64,000 bases of DNA from Octopus vulgaris (Eukaryota), in assembly GCA_951406725.2 (NCBI GenBank), contig OX597825.1, forward strand, positions 49,414,001 through 49,478,000. Direction: 5' to 3'. Every line of letters begins with the position of its first letter. The first letter of the stretch is position 1. A program made the translations under genes and the position numbers. Under the pieces are notes generated by a model. That model was not told the origin of the DNA. It was given only the letters and a program-made list of their open reading frames with translations, and did not search any database. Below, piece by piece: positions 1 through 13,772 of the stretch.

Positions 1-654
1 TTTTAAAATAGAGTGGACTCTGTTAAAATTACACATGTTTCAAAGGAAAGCGGAATTGATCCACACATCCGAGATAATTCCACCCAACTGGATTTTATTC
101 TGCTTCCATCTACCAAATTTTGTTGATAAGAAATACTAGAGTTTAAGCTTAGCAATTTAAATATTTGACACAGGTTGTCTTAATTCTTGAGATGAAGAAA
201 TTATTTTTGTTGGTGTATATATTCGTGCGTGAAAGAAACGTTTTGTAGACCTACACAAATTAACTCTAATTTTCTAAATATTTTCTTTTTACAAATATGA
301 CACAGCCTACACATCAAATGTCTTTCACAAGGATATTATATTTCTATTCTGGAAACGTATGGAGAAAACGAAATTTTCAGTGATAATTCGGCAGAAGCAA
401 TCAGTCCATTAGTGAAAACAGATTCAAGAAGACAGGAATATGTTTTGTTCATACAATTTTTTATTTTTCAGATTGAGATAAAGATTCGATTCTATTGATT
501 GCAGTGCGTCAGTGGAGACAGAAGCTAACGGGCAGGAACCAGAAACAGTGTGAAAGTCTGTATACACTGACAGTCAGCACATATGTGCAAATATCTATGT
601 GTGAGAGACTATACTATATAATCTAGCCATTCATAATTACTGAAAAAGAATATG

Positions 655-701
<47 letters not shown>

Positions 702-1302
702 GTGTGTGTGTGTAAAGGAAAAGGGGGAAGAAAGAAAGGTGGAGAGGGAGAGAGTGTGTGTGAGTAAAAGAACGGGGTTGATTGCAGTTTTATTGAATTT
801 ATCGGCAATGAAAGTACACAAGTATAAATGCAAAATCATATTACTGGAAGAATATGATGTACTGAAGAGGATACATACAGGAATACATATATAAATACGT
901 ACAAACACACGTGAATACATACATACATATATGTATGTATACACACACATGTATATATATATATACCAGAAGAGAATACCTCAAATTAATTTCAAATAAC
1001 GGTAAAATTGCTGTAAGCTATAATCTAAGCAAATGCATTCATATCCAATAATGTAATAAAACAATAAAAAATGGAAAATTAAAAACCAAATATAACAAAT
1101 ATTATATCCAAAATCAAAATTGAATTTCTATAACCCAAATACAGAACTACAATATATGTGAAGATAAACCACTTTATTATAATAATATTTATTTTGATGG
1201 ACAGTTATGTGAAATATTTTGTTAGAGTAGACTTTTTTCACTTCATATTCCTGCATTTTAATCATGCTGTCGCCAAATTAAAGTTTTTTTAAAATAATTT
1301 AC

Positions 1303-1392
1303 CTGGTGCACAACCTTTGTATCAATCATTCTATGTATTTGGTTCCTTGAAATGCAATCCACTACTTGTAGAACATCTGGCCCAGAAGTAGG
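1303..1392 (-). other. Possible 90-nt internal exon of an unidentified minus-strand gene
   Basis: Minus-strand donor CAG|GTAAAT (plus 1297-1302) and a CAG acceptor at 1395-1393. Only one frame is open (PTSGPDVLQVVDCISRNQIHRMIDTKVVHQ). The pyrimidine tract is poor and I do not recognise the peptide. Confidence 0.2.
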
Positions 1393-1536
1393 CTGTATAT
1401 AGTATTTTTTTCTTTAACTGTTTAAATGTAACAATTGATAAAAACCCAAATTTGCTGAGGAAAATGTTCTATTAATTGTTTTAAGGACAAACTCATTTGC
1501 AGACACATATGTCACATATATATGTATATATATATA

Positions 1537-1574
<38 letters not shown>

Positions 1575-2180
1575 CGAGAACTTTGGAAATCTATGCGACA
1601 CAATGAAGACATTCTTTACAAACTTTACAAGACAAGAGCAACAAAAAGAAGGACCACATGGGAAGAACCTAATGGGAAGAACCTAATGACTTCAACATTA
1701 CAAATAAAGAACCAAGTCCTTCCCCAATGGAGAAAACTACAGCGAAACAGAAAATTCGCATTTTGGAAAATGATACAAAATAAGAATAAAGCAGAGATTT
1801 ACCAAAAGTAAATCAACCTAATCATACCCCGCAAATTACAAATAAAACCCATCCTGGAAGAAGCAGAGAACAAAGAAGACTTAGAGAAAAAATGTCATTA
1901 AAAAAAAGGAAGATGGAAATTGAACTACTTAAACTGAGAACTAAGACGAATGAAGAAAACGTAAAAGCCATAGATGAAGAAATCAACGAAGAAGTCAACA
2001 AACTAACAGACGGTATCAATACTGAAACATTACTTACATTATGGAAAGAAGAATGTGAAAAAGAGGAACTAAAGTCCTTCCAACGATGGGAAAAGAGCGC
2101 CAACTGGTTCTTGGATTATGAAACCAACTTCAAACATGAACACATATCCAACAACCCCTTCATAAAATTAAGTAAAACAA
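1575..2180 (+). mobile_element. Decayed retroelement ORF fragment (K/E-rich, coiled-coil-like), probably Penelope-associated
   Basis: Broken reading frames (FAFWKMIQNKNKAEIYQK...; MEIELLKLRTKTNEENVKAIDEEINEE...) start right after a (TA)/(TG) microsatellite and run into a GIY-YIG fragment. Confidence 0.4.
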
Positions 2181-2850
2181 AACCATCTCCCATTTTCCCT
2201 CATCTATCACAACCTCCACCTTACCCCGCCAACGAACCATTCTCCGCGCCTTCCGACTCCTCCACCTCCCACTTCTTCCATAACGCCTCCTTCAAATGCC
2301 CCCATAACCTACGTGACCTTCTGGACTGCAATGTCTGTATATTAGCATGTGTACTATTAGCACCCAGCATGGCCTCTTCGCCTTCTCTCGCCCATGATAC
2401 CGCACATGCCTCTACCTCTCCAGCGCCACTATCCTCACCGGCACCCATCACTGCCCCATATCACATCACCGACACTTTTAGCTGCACCGCCAACAATGTT
2501 ATCTACTGCATCTCTTGCTGTTTTCGTCCTTCCATGTACATGGGACGCCGCTCTCGGAATGCTCAGGAGTCCACAGACAACAAAGCCCGAAAACAATTGA
2601 GTCAAGATGTAGAAATAAGTGGTTAGAAAATGTTGCTCCCATTTTTTTCCTTTCCCACAAATTACATGAAAAGTTAAAAGAAAAATATTTCATGAAAATG
2701 TTCAAACCTGTTCTGAACGGCAATAAAACCAATACTATAACAACCAGCTAACGATAAGGATTAAACATATCTTTGAAATAATATAATCAAACTACAGAAG
2801 TTTCCCATTAATTGCAATAAAAGCGATCGAAACCAACTATGTTCACTCAT
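2180..2850 (+). mobile_element. Penelope-like element relic, GIY-YIG endonuclease region
   Basis: HITDTFSCTANNVIYCISCCFRPSMYMG matches the Penelope-like motif FxCxxxNVIYxIxC...YIG; the C-rich flank is typical of these elements. Confidence 0.7.
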
Positions 2851-3222
2851 AAAACCATTACATGTAAATCTGAAACTAAATGGTGAAAATAAAGGCGGGA
2901 TCTATGCCAGTAATATCAGTAACCCGTCAAACTGTAACGTTTAAGATTCATGCGGATTGGTCAAACCCGTATTCGAAAAAGTCAACGGGAGATGTATAAA
3001 GAGGAAGAAGTCAGTCATTTTACTACAGCTCTCAAGAACTCAACTGTGAATTAAATACATTTTGAAATCTGGTGATTACTATGAATGCATAAAAGCGCTA
3101 ATTGAACTTTATGAACATAACAAAAATATTTTATTTATGTTTAAAACACTTCAACATTGTAAAAAAATTTAATACAATCATAAAAATCGAGAGAACCCGA
3201 CCACATTTTAACTCCGTCCAAT

Positions 3223-3223
<1 letters not shown>

Positions 3224-3288
<65 letters not shown>

Positions 3289-3345
3289 CTATATATATAT
3301 GTATATATATATGTATATATGTATGTATGTATATAGATAGATAGA
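3224..3345. repeat. (TA)n / (TATG)n / (TAGA)n microsatellite
   Basis: Seen directly. Confidence 0.95.
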
Positions 3346-3739
3346 CAGGTATATAGATGAACAAATAGATATATATATAGAGACTGACCCGTAAGTATAC
3401 ATGCTGTAACTAAGGTCAAATTGTAGTCAAACCGATGAAATATACTACCCAGCCTGACAACTGCATACTCAGATATCAAACTTATTTCAACATCACCACA
3501 CACACACCACCCTCTCCTGTGTATTTACCACTCCTTTCTCTCTGTCCATTACCTCCTGCTCATCCCCACTAAATACACACATAACTGCTCACGTACCCCA
3601 ATCAAACGTTTCATTGGTCAAAATTCATGAACAGCCTGCAATTATACATCCGCTGCATCCAGCGGTAATTTCATATTCCCTTAGTAAATGAAATCATGAA
3701 TAAGGTCTACTCGATGTCCACGAATTTAATGAATATGTA

Positions 3740-3788
<49 letters not shown>

Positions 3789-4360
3789 ATACATATATGT
3801 ACACACACACACAAACACACACACACATACACACACACACACAGTTATATATATATATATATATATAGGCAAATATTTTGTCTGAACCCGCCGAAAATAT
3901 TTTAGATTTTGTCTTGGGTAACTACAGATTTTTATTAGACAACAAGGTATCACCAACGGATTCAGATCTCGGTTCGCTTCTAATATATTCTACTTACACC
4001 ATACACAATTATTGCAAGAGGGAAGAGTATGCTTTGTTTTATTACGCTTCTGCTGTATTCAGATTGTTTCATGACAATCTAAAACCTTTTCAAATAGCTT
4101 ACTAATCTGATCATAAAATTTACTTGAATAATCTCTTACGAACGATTATCCACCGAATCGCAGTCTAAACTACCGGATACATATTATTTATGGCGCTGTG
4201 TACATTGAGCGCGCGCATACACACACTATCTCTCTCTCTCACTCTCTATCTCTTTCTCTTTCACACACATAAACACTTATAGATACACACATATATACAT
4301 ACCCACATACAAAAATACAGACATGCACACACACATACGCGCGCACATATCTACACTTAC

Positions 4361-4502
4361 ACACACATACGCACTAGGTACACTAAAACACACACACACA
4401 GTAACACACAAGCAAACATACACACACACACACGCACACACACACCCACACACATACGCACTAGGTACACTAAAACACACACACACAGTAACACACAAGC
4501 AA

Positions 4503-4550
<48 letters not shown>
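4361..4550. repeat. Tandem duplication (period ~87 bp) inside a (CA)n tract
   Basis: GCACTAGGTACACTAAAACACAC...CAGTAACACACAAGCAAACATAC occurs at 4371 and 4458. Confidence 0.9.
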
Positions 4551-4552
<2 letters not shown>

Positions 4553-5299
4553 CAATACACAGACATTTATAAGGGACAGTGGACTGAAAGTTCATTTTTG
4601 TGTGACATCAGGATTACAAAGAATTATAGAAACATTCACAAATTTCCTATTTCGATCAAAGCGTGTATGAATTACAACCATAATTATCTTTGCTAATAAT
4701 GTTGCCGAATATTCTTATGAGTATCCTTCACTCAGCTACCATAGAAGTGGTGGAGGTCGGGTTAGTCTGATGAAAGTTCCCCAGGCACGTCGTAATTGGA
4801 TGATATGTTAATTCGTGCTGAGTGATGGTGGCTGAAATAGGAAGAGTGGTCGAAGTTTTCAGAGAGGAAGTATAGAATATAAACGCAACATAACTCTTTC
4901 ACTCTCTCTCTTTCTGTCTTTCTATCTGTCATTTTATACGTGTATATATATATATATATATACACACGACGGTATGTATATGTATCAATTCAAACTTGTG
5001 TATGTATACTGGCCTCTATAGATGCCAATAATATCGCTACAAGTTTTCCCCACCCCTCCTTCATTTCTTTTTCTCTCTTTCCCTTTCTTTCGTTCCCCCT
5101 CCTTGCTCAGTATATGAGAATTGCTACATAGATGAATTTTAGCTTGCGTGCGAGACGGTTTGCGTGAATATATGTACACATGCTTTTATGTGTATAATTT
5201 AGATTCATATTCATACGTCTGTATATGTATGTATGGCGTTTACGCGCATCCTTTTGTGTATGTTGATATATATATGTGGATTTTAATATAAATATGTAT

Positions 5300-5710
5300 T
5301 GCAGTATTTATAACAGGTTTAATTTCTATGCATTAATTTGTACTGTCTTCATTAACGGCAATAGGTTTTTTCCTCGGTTTTTTCCTCGGATTTTATAATT
5401 TTTATAAGTTTTTTATATATATATACATATATTTTTGACCTTTTTGTTTATCGCTCGAAGATTGACCGTTTTTTCTAAAGGGCCAATCAAACAAGTCCAT
5501 TTCTTTTTAAAGGTGTAGCGTTTGTAAGAGTATAGATTGAATTAATATATATGTTCCATTCTAGCAAAAACTGTCTGATGAACGGCAACGAGAAACTCAG
5601 AGTAACAGATTTTGTTGAATTTTCTGCTGCTTAAAATAAAGCATATTACTCTACCACTGGTATTTGAGTACTCTTTTTTCCACCTTGTTTCACATTTATG
5701 TGTTTACTCC

Positions 5711-5713
<3 letters not shown>
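5300..5713 (+). mobile_element. Penelope-like terminal-repeat (pLTR) relic
   Basis: AT-rich segment ending in (TA)n, containing a hammerhead motif followed by AATAAA. Confidence 0.5.
5571..5608 (+). ncRNA. Minimal type I hammerhead ribozyme, slightly degenerate
   Basis: ctgt-CTGATGA-acg(GCAA)cga-GAAA-ctc-a-gag-TA-acag: stem I CTGT/ACAG, intact core, GNRA-capped 2-bp stem II, palindromic stem III, UA cleavage site. Confidence 0.7.
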
Positions 5714-5751
<38 letters not shown>

Positions 5752-5753
<2 letters not shown>

Positions 5754-6069
5754 TTTTACTTGTTTCAGTCATTTGACTGCGGCCATACTAGAACACCGCC
5801 TTTAGTCGAGGAAATCGACGCCCAGGACTTATTCTTCGTAAACCTAGTACTTATTCTCTCGGTCTCTTTTGCCGAACCGCTAAGTTACGGGGACATAAAC
5901 ACACCAACATCGGTTGTCAAGCGATGTTGGGGGGACAAACATAGACACACAAACACACAGATATATATATATATATACGACGGGCTTCTTTCAGTTTCCT
6001 TCTACCAAATACACTCAGAAGGCTTTGGTCGGCCCGAGGTTATAATAGAAGACACTTGCCCAAGGTGCG
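5752..6069 (-). mobile_element. SINE family A (octopus-type tRNA SINE with internal TA/CA tract), head truncated
   Basis: Highly similar to the full copies at 19844-20239 and 40431-40934. Confidence 0.85.
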
Positions 6070-6115
6070 AAACAGGCAGGAGAGAAGGGAGACAAGAGAG
6101 AAGGTGCGGGAGAGA

Positions 6116-6155
<40 letters not shown>

Positions 6156-6279
6156 TGTGGGTAGAGATGTTTTCTATTCTTACACGAAGGCTTATTACTG
6201 CCAACAAATTCAAACGAGTTTTTGTGGTGGTTCACCATGTTAATATTATTTACTAATATCAAGACAGTTGGATAGACAG

Positions 6280-6480
6280 AGTCGCAAAGCATAAAAATAT
6301 ATACCTTGCGTTTCTTGTTCTGGCTCTTTACGTTCTGGGTTCAAATACCGCAGAAGTTAACTTTGTCGTTTATCCTTTCAGACTGAATAAAATAATGAGC
6401 TAGTCAAGTATTGAGGATGGTAGAACCAGCGATCCCCGTTTTTCAAAACCACTGGCCTTTTGCCTAAGTTGGAAATATTA
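6280..6480 (+). mobile_element. SINE family B (Meta-core-like), degenerate
   Basis: B-box GGGTTCAAATACC followed by a decayed TTTATCCTTTC...AATAAAATAA core and a GGCCTTTTGCC tail. Confidence 0.6.
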
Positions 6481-6964
6481 TGAATTAAATAAGTAATAAA
6501 TAATTAATTTGGCAAAATCTTTCACCACACACTCTTCTTCTCAATGATTTCTTCCTTGATTTTTCTTTTCTCTTTCAAAATTTAAGTTAATGAGTGTTTG
6601 TATGGTTATTACTGCGTTCTTGCCATTGTTTGCAGTGTGCGAGTGTGTGCCCGCCATGTGTTGCGTACTTGTACATTTGTGAATTGTTCTCTTCAATAAC
6701 TCTGACTAGAAGAAAGAGAATAGAAAATGCATTAGCACGTTTCTGCGAGAAGCATAGCTTGCCGTAATATATAACAATTATTAGGATGCACAGGGCTACC
6801 ACCAAGTGCCTGAAAGAGGAGTTCAAATTATCAAAAGTTGGATATAACATGATGCTTTGGGATTCAGTGGATGCTATTATCTGTGATATGCACACATGGC
6901 GGTTGATGGGAAGGAAACGATGCTCTCATTGTCACAGATTACTGTACACAAATTAAATATGTAA

Positions 6965-7385
6965 GTTAATCAAAGACATTGCTGATGATGTTCGTCTCTC
7001 ATATGGCTCCGTGTAGGCAATCCTAATATCTGAATTGAACACGGGGCATGTTCTGCCAAGTTTGTCCCATCCTGTTGACCACTGAGCAGAAAGAACACCA
7101 CGCAGAAGTCTGTGAAGATCTCCGTCAGCACGCCGCCGATGACCCATCCTTCATATCGGTGTTGGGTCTACGGGTACGGTCCAGAGATGGAGCAGCAGTC
7201 GTCACAATGGAAAATCCATTCACCTCCACGACCTAAGAAGGCGCTACAGAGACGCAGCTCAATCAAGAGCATGCTCACCATTTTTTCAACATCTGAAGTA
7301 TTGTGTATTCAACCCCCAGAACCAGACACACCTTCCCTATTCATCAGATTTAGCACTATAATAATAGTGATATTTTGGAGAATCT
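6965..7385 (+). mobile_element. Mariner transposase pseudogene fragment
   Basis: IKDIADDVRLSYGSV.AIL...LLTTEQKEHHAEVCEDL...WVYGYGPEMEQQSSQWK...RPKKA...SSIKSMLTIF matches the mariner WVPxxLT / DETWVYGYDPETKQQSSQW blocks; frameshifted. Confidence 0.85.
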
Positions 7386-7389
7386 AATG

Positions 7390-9950
7390 GAGCGATAAAA
7401 AAAGAATCCTACAAGGAAGCTGAATGGGTAGGGAGAGAAAAAGAAAGAAAGACTGATATTGAAGAACAAAAATGGAACGATATAGCAATGCAGAAACTAA
7501 CTGATTCGCTATCTAAAACTCATAAGTGGAACCTCCTGGACATGATAAAATCCCAAACTTCTGGCTTAATATCCTCTCATATTCGCACAGTAAATTAATG
7601 GAATGCTTTTCTAATATCATTAGAAACCCCGAAAAGACTCCAAGCTGGCTATAGTTAGGGATAACCTGAGCGACACAAGAAATCACAAATCTGCAAGGCG
7701 ATCACATGTTTGACCACCATGTACAAAACACACATGTCCATCCTCACTGAAAGGATGTACCAATTTCTCGATGAAGACAATATTCTTGCTCTTGAACAAA
7801 AAGGGTGCAAAAGGAACTCATGCAGCTGCAAAGGTCAGCAATTAAAAAATACCTATTTCTTTACTGCCCACAAGGGGCTAAACACAGAGAGGACAAACAA
7901 GGGCAAACAAACGGATTAAGACGATTATATCGACCCCAGTGCGTAACTGGTACTTATTTAATCGACCCCGAAAGGATGAAAGGCAAAGTCGACCTCGGCG
8001 GAATTTGAACTCAGAACGTTGCGACAGACGAAATACCGCAAAGCATTTCGCCGGGCGTGATAACGTTTCTGCCAGCTCGCAGCCTTAAAATTAAAAATAC
8101 CGTATGATACACGAAAATTGCTCATCGAAAACCGTAATCTCAGTACAGCATGGATTGACTATCGTAAAGCATTTGAAATTTTTCTTCATAGCCAGATCTT
8201 AAATGCATTAATTATATACAAGATCGTTCTCTCTGGTAAAAGGAAAAGGACAGGTGAACTCAAAATTGTTTCTCAATCACGAGAAATTCTCGTATTTATC
8301 AGAGAACATCAAAATAGACCGTAGAATAGTCCAGGGTGATTTAATTTCCCCTCTCCTGTTCTGTCTTTCTCTCATTCCCTTGTCATATGAGCTTAATATA
8401 ACAAATCATGCTTACAAAATGTTTGACAAGATCGTCTCACACTTGCTCTACACGAATGATCTGAAATTATATGCAGAAGTTGACAAGGGTCTGAAAAGGA
8501 TACTAATAACTGAAACAATTCAGCGATGATATAAATATGGAATTCGGACTTGATAAATGTGCAAAAGCGTTGTTCAAACGTGATAAACTGGCAGCAAATG
8601 CAACAACCTAACTTGATGATGATATATGTATCACGGGTCTGGATCAAAAGTATCTTGGGAAACTTTCACTGAACTATATTGAATATTTTTCCAAAGACGT
8701 GTCAGAATGGCCCTGAATACTGGGCTGAACTCCCAGAGTAGACGTGTAGCTATGAAATCCATGGTTGTACCAATTGTCTATGATAGCCTTAATGTCATCA
8801 ATTAGAATCTGAATGAACTCCAGCGGATCAATATAGAGACCAGGAAACTGCTGACACTAAACAGGATGCACCACCAAAACCCAAACGTCCACAGACTCTA
8901 GCTTCCGGGAAAGGAAGGTTGTACAGGCCTAATCATACTTGGAACGTCCTATAGAACGACCACAAAAGGACTTTAGTGTACGTCAAAAGTAACACCGATT
9001 GGATGATACAGCTGGTAATGCAACATGAACATAGTAAAAAATTTCATTCAATCTCAAAGAAGGTATATAAATACACACGAGAGCTTAACCTCCCTGATTA
9101 TGATGAGGATAAGGAGGACCCGTCAGCCACTAAGGCGGTAAGAAGCGTAAAACAAAAGCCAAACAGGAAATCTTGAAGATAGTATCGAGACTGTGGCAAA
9201 AAAAAACCCCTTTGCATGGCGAAGCTGATGTAGCGACTGAGTGTTGGTTTGAAAACCAAAACAGAAGAGTCTTCTCATTCGGAACTATCAAGCTAATGCC
9301 ATGCAAAATGGGGTAGACACAAAGTGTACACATTGCAGCGACAAACTGGAGGGTATTGACAACATTGTTACCAGTTCTTCAGTCCTTGCACCAACAGAAT
9401 GTAAAACCAGGCATGATAAAGTTGGCCAATACTTGCAGTGGAGTGTGTACCGTTACTATGATATCACGCACTCTAAGAACTACTATGAACACCATCCAAA
9501 GACAGTAAACGAGAGAACGAATATTACTATCATATGGGATTATGGGATGCATAAGGACAAGCAAATAAATGTTAACAGACAAGACATCGCCATCATAAAT
9601 CTAAAGCATAAAACATGCATGTTAATTGATATGACAGTGCCTACTGAGAGAAATATCTCAGTAAATGTATTTGAAAAATTCTCGAAATATGAGAAGCATT
9701 TGAGATATCTAGGACATGGCAATTAAAAGCCAAAATCATCTCTATTGTTGTAGGCGCCCTGGGAATGATCAAGAAAGGTACTGGAAAATGTTTTGAGCAG
9801 ATTCTTGGGAAACTAACAATCTATGAGACTCAAATAATTTTGTTGACATCAACAGCCCACATTCTCATGAAGTTTCTAATACATAGGTGCCTTAGGTCTC
9901 TGTTTAAGACCCGGTCGGAAGATGAAATAAAATGTAAATCAATTGGAAAA
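7390..9950 (+). mobile_element. R4/Dong-clade non-LTR retrotransposon, 5'-truncated and degenerate
   Basis: RT motifs (EQKGCKR, AWIDYRKAFE, QGDLISPLLFCLSLIPLS, HLLYTNDLKLY), then CTHC...RHDKV and the RLE block IWDY...NRQDI...LIDMTVP...EKFSKY; ends in (TAA)n at 9951-10003. Confidence 0.9.
7854..8085 (-). mobile_element. SINE family B inserted into the Dong LINE, with target-site duplication
   Basis: Minus strand has A-box TGGCAGAAACG, B-box GAGTTCAAATTCC and core GTCGACTTTGCCTTTCATCCTTTCGGGGTCGA. Flanked by AATTAAAAAATACC (7840-7853) and AATTAAAAATACC (8089-8101). Confidence 0.9.
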
Positions 9951-10003
9951 TAATAATAATAATAATAACAACAACGACAACAATAATAATAATAATAATA
10001 ATA

Positions 10004-10212
10004 ATGGTTTTTAAATTTGGCACAAGGCTAGCTGTTTCATAGGAGGGGCTAAGTGGATCAGAATGACCTCAATACTCAACTGGTACTTATTTTATTGAAT
10101 CCGAAAATGAACGGTAAAGTCGACGCCAGCGACAGTCGAACTCTTAAAGGTGGACGAAATCCTGCTAGGTATTTTGCACAGTATGCTAACGATTCTGTCA
10201 GTTCACTTCCTT
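10004..10212 (-). mobile_element. SINE family B, degenerate
   Basis: TTTGGCACAAGGC tail, ACTGGTACTTATTT and AAAGTCGAC core blocks. Confidence 0.7.
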
Positions 10213-11519
10213 CATCATGGTTCCAAATTTTGGCGCATGTCGAGCAAGGCAAACAACAACAACAACAACAACAGTTACCATTACAGCAATGATGCTGTAT
10301 TAACCTCTGCCATAAAGACTGTATTCGGATATATGAGTATATATGTAAATGATTGGTTGTATACTCCTGCGAAGAGAGAAAAGTCTAAATAATTTTCTCG
10401 TTGCCTTGCAACTGAGAGAAGAGATAGACGAAAGTATTATGGGTATTTTTGGAGCTTTTCACTTTGACTACACTTAACTTTCTACAAACTGTTCTTTGGA
10501 ATAAGTATCACCTAGGCTTTATCCATTCAGCTTGGATTTCGGACTAAGACGAATAACAAGTATAATTACGTATGCATTTTGCAAGCCTTAATGAATTATA
10601 TTTCGAAATGTTTAAGAGAAACACAGAGTATTTTCTTTCATAATATAAAAATGAATTTGCTAGTACTAAGATTTCATAGAGTAGATCTAACGACTAGCAT
10701 TGTTTACGAAGGTACAGCAGACAACGACATTAGAGAATTAGAGAATTTAACGATGATAGAATGGTAACCGACTCTAATGCAGGCAACTAACGAGTGTTCT
10801 GCAAACTTCCACTTCTGTTAATATTCCCATATGTAGGTATAGTTTGAGAAGGAGTTCTGTATTACGGGCCTAATCATTTATCAATAGAGATATTTCCCTT
10901 TGGGATAAATATATAATCGTAAAACGTCGAGATATCAACTCTTGACTCGGAAAAGAATATCGATTAAAAAAATGTCATCGAACAAAAAAAATGAAATTCT
11001 ACAGTATATTGATAATCTATTAAACGTCAATATGTTAATCTAATAACGTATTGGGGTGCATTAAGTGTTTTCGTTGGCACTCTTAATTCATGAAGTAAAG
11101 GAAGTTTATTTTTGTTTAGGTACTGCGCATCGTTAACTAATCAAAAGGAAAACTCATTGCAAGTTTTTTTTTTTAGGATTGTGGTTATAATTAAAAAAGT
11201 TTCGGCAAAGATCCCAATCCAGGATTAGAAGTCTTCCTATGTAGAATTTCCCACATAATGAATAAAGACAAACAGCAAAGCTGGTTATTTTTAGGGCACT
11301 ACGATATGTTACATTTGTGTTTTATACCATTTACAGCTACAAATCTTATATTTGTCATAAAGATCTACTCTTGGAAAGATATAATTTCGTTTACTATTTG
11401 AACTCTTTCACTAAACAGGATCATCATATTTTTCTCTGGTCAAACTCTACTGCACCTCTTATTCATAATATTGTTTTATTTCTTGTAATGATACGATATT
11501 ATGAATGAAAAGAACGTGT

Positions 11520-11805
11520 CTTATTGGCAATGGTATTCAGATTACGATCATAAGGTCATTATTTTGATTCTTGACGACGCATTGTACCCTTAAGTTGGAA
11601 CATTTATTTCGTGTTGCTCCAGTCCACTCAGCTAGGAAGAACGAGTTGCACTTTTGGTTCAATGGGCCAGTCTCGTGATAGATAGTGTGTCACTGTGAAT
11701 GTCTCTGAGAACTACATTAGTGGTATGCGTGTCTATGGAGTGTTCAGCTATGGAGTTGATCGAGTCTTCTGGAACACTTGTCATCGAAACCGATGGAGAG
11801 CCAGT
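11520..11805 (+). mobile_element. Old tRNA-derived SINE whose tail matches the 37949-38334 SINE
   Basis: GTTGCTCCAGTCCACTCAGCT central block; the tail TGTGTCAC..GAATGTCTCTGAGAACTAC...GTCATCGAAACCGATGGAG aligns with the reverse complement of 37955-38100. Confidence 0.6.
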
Positions 11806-13557
11806 TCACATCTGCAATAGTTTACAATTTAAACCAAAACCTTAAATTTCTATGAAAGAATTATACTGTATTCCTTAATATATACTTAACTGAATGCGGA
11901 GTCGTTAGAAATAGACACAATATACCCTAGCAGGAACAATATATCAGATACATTGGTTCTTGTGTTGTTGTTAGTTGTTCAAAGATCTGAGCTATTCATT
12001 TCCTCATACTATTCAATGACAAAGAAATTAAAATTTCTCGGGAATTGAAATAATAGGTTTTATTCATATAAACTAGAACGTATAAATTAGAATAAAACTA
12101 CAAAGGTAAGAAATCAAGATTCATTTATATAAAGTGAATCATTTTAATTCCAATAATGAATTTGCAACTAATTTAACATTCACATCCGTTAACTCTAACA
12201 ATAAAACAATTTGTACAATATAGGAATTGAGGGAAATATATTTGTTTGTTATAGACATCTATACTAGTACTGAGTCGTTCATTTATTAGCGTGGATGGAT
12301 ATTGTCGATTGAATCGACTCTCATCTTAGTATCGATACTGTGTTATGCCAATAAACTTTTCATGAATCTTAGTGATATGAATAATTAAGTTAACTCTGGT
12401 AGGTTTTGAACTCTGAATGTAGAGGACCTTTAATAAATGTTGTATATTTACTACAATATATATGTTTATTGTTGCTACACGTCATCTCCTTCAACAACAA
12501 AGAGGAAACGTAGAATACAATAAATCACAATGAAATGAGTACAAAGTGGAATAAGGGCATCGATCAGATTAAGAAAGAATTCACCTGATTAAACTGATCG
12601 CAGTGTTACTAGCGTACATTTTATGGAAACTATAAAAATAAATAAGATGCTCAAACCAAAAATTATTCAAAATTTGAAAAATGTTTCTACTGCTGTATTG
12701 TCCGATGTTCAGATGCAAATTGCGGCTTTCAGGTTATGCAGAAAGTAGTACAAAGAGCGAAAGTTGAAATCACGCGTCATTAATATGCTGCGAGATTTAC
12801 ATTGCTGGATTTATGAATCCCGAAGCATTCTAGGAAGCAGAGCAGGGAACTTCAGCTTATCTCTAAAACACAATTATACAGATGGCTTTGTTGAATATGG
12901 TCGCTGATTTAAATTAAGCATTTGAAAATAACGCTGTTTTCATCTGTGTATCTTGATAGCCAATAACATACACACATACGCAAACATATATACAAACGCA
13001 CGTATCTTCATAAATATATTCGTGCTTAAATATGTATACATGTATATAGAGATTTATGCAGTTTTATGAATTGAGTATAACATCATTAGAATTACTTCAA
13101 TGACCTCTACGAAATATTGTTGGTAAGCGACTTTGGTAAAATATATTATTGTAATATTATTGTAATATATTATTGTAACAGCGGAGAAGTGATTCGTTTA
13201 GATGCTGTGTAATAATCTGGTATTTTACCAATAATTTTGAGTGAAACAGTGTGATATTATCAATAAAATTTCATCTATAATCACACCTATCGCAAGTTTG
13301 GTGACTTATTTTCTTTATTGCGCAATCAGACATATTATCTTTGTTGCAAGAAGTGGGGCCTAGAATTTTATATTAGAATTCTATTTTCATTAGTTTTAGA
13401 ATCAGGTCAGTAGTAACACCACAATAACGATTATCAATAACATTAAGGTTTCACCAAAACCCTTTCAATAATTATTATCACTGTCATACCGGTTGCTGCC
13501 ATCATCAAAAGAACCTGCCCAGTCTATGGTTTCACTCCCTTGGCTATTTGTCGAATG

Positions 13558-13576
13558 TTTATTATTATTATTATTT

Positions 13577-13650
<74 letters not shown>

Positions 13651-13672
13651 TGTATTATTATCATTATTATTT

Positions 13673-13757
<85 letters not shown>

Positions 13758-13772
13758 CATTATTATTATTAT
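13558..13772. repeat. (TAT)n microsatellite, the (TAA)n tail/target of the adjacent minus-strand Dong LINE
   Basis: Seen directly; abuts the LINE 3' end. Confidence 0.95.

Noticed and set aside
1-600. Unique sequence with an open minus-strand frame running off the window (…MCGSIPLSFETCVIL…)
   Set aside because: It could be UTR or exon sequence, but there is no recognisable protein or splice structure within the window.
609-950. Many YI/HT/CV/poly-I/L/N ORFs here and across the window (e.g. 13493-13892, 25320-25762, 28365-28855, 41000-43177, 55629-56356)
   Set aside because: They are translations of dinucleotide and trinucleotide microsatellites that lack stop codons, not genes.
1892-2626. 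The longest ORF (244 aa) as a host gene
   Set aside because: It is a chimera of a K/E-rich retroelement fragment and a Penelope GIY-YIG relic, with stops and frameshifts upstream.
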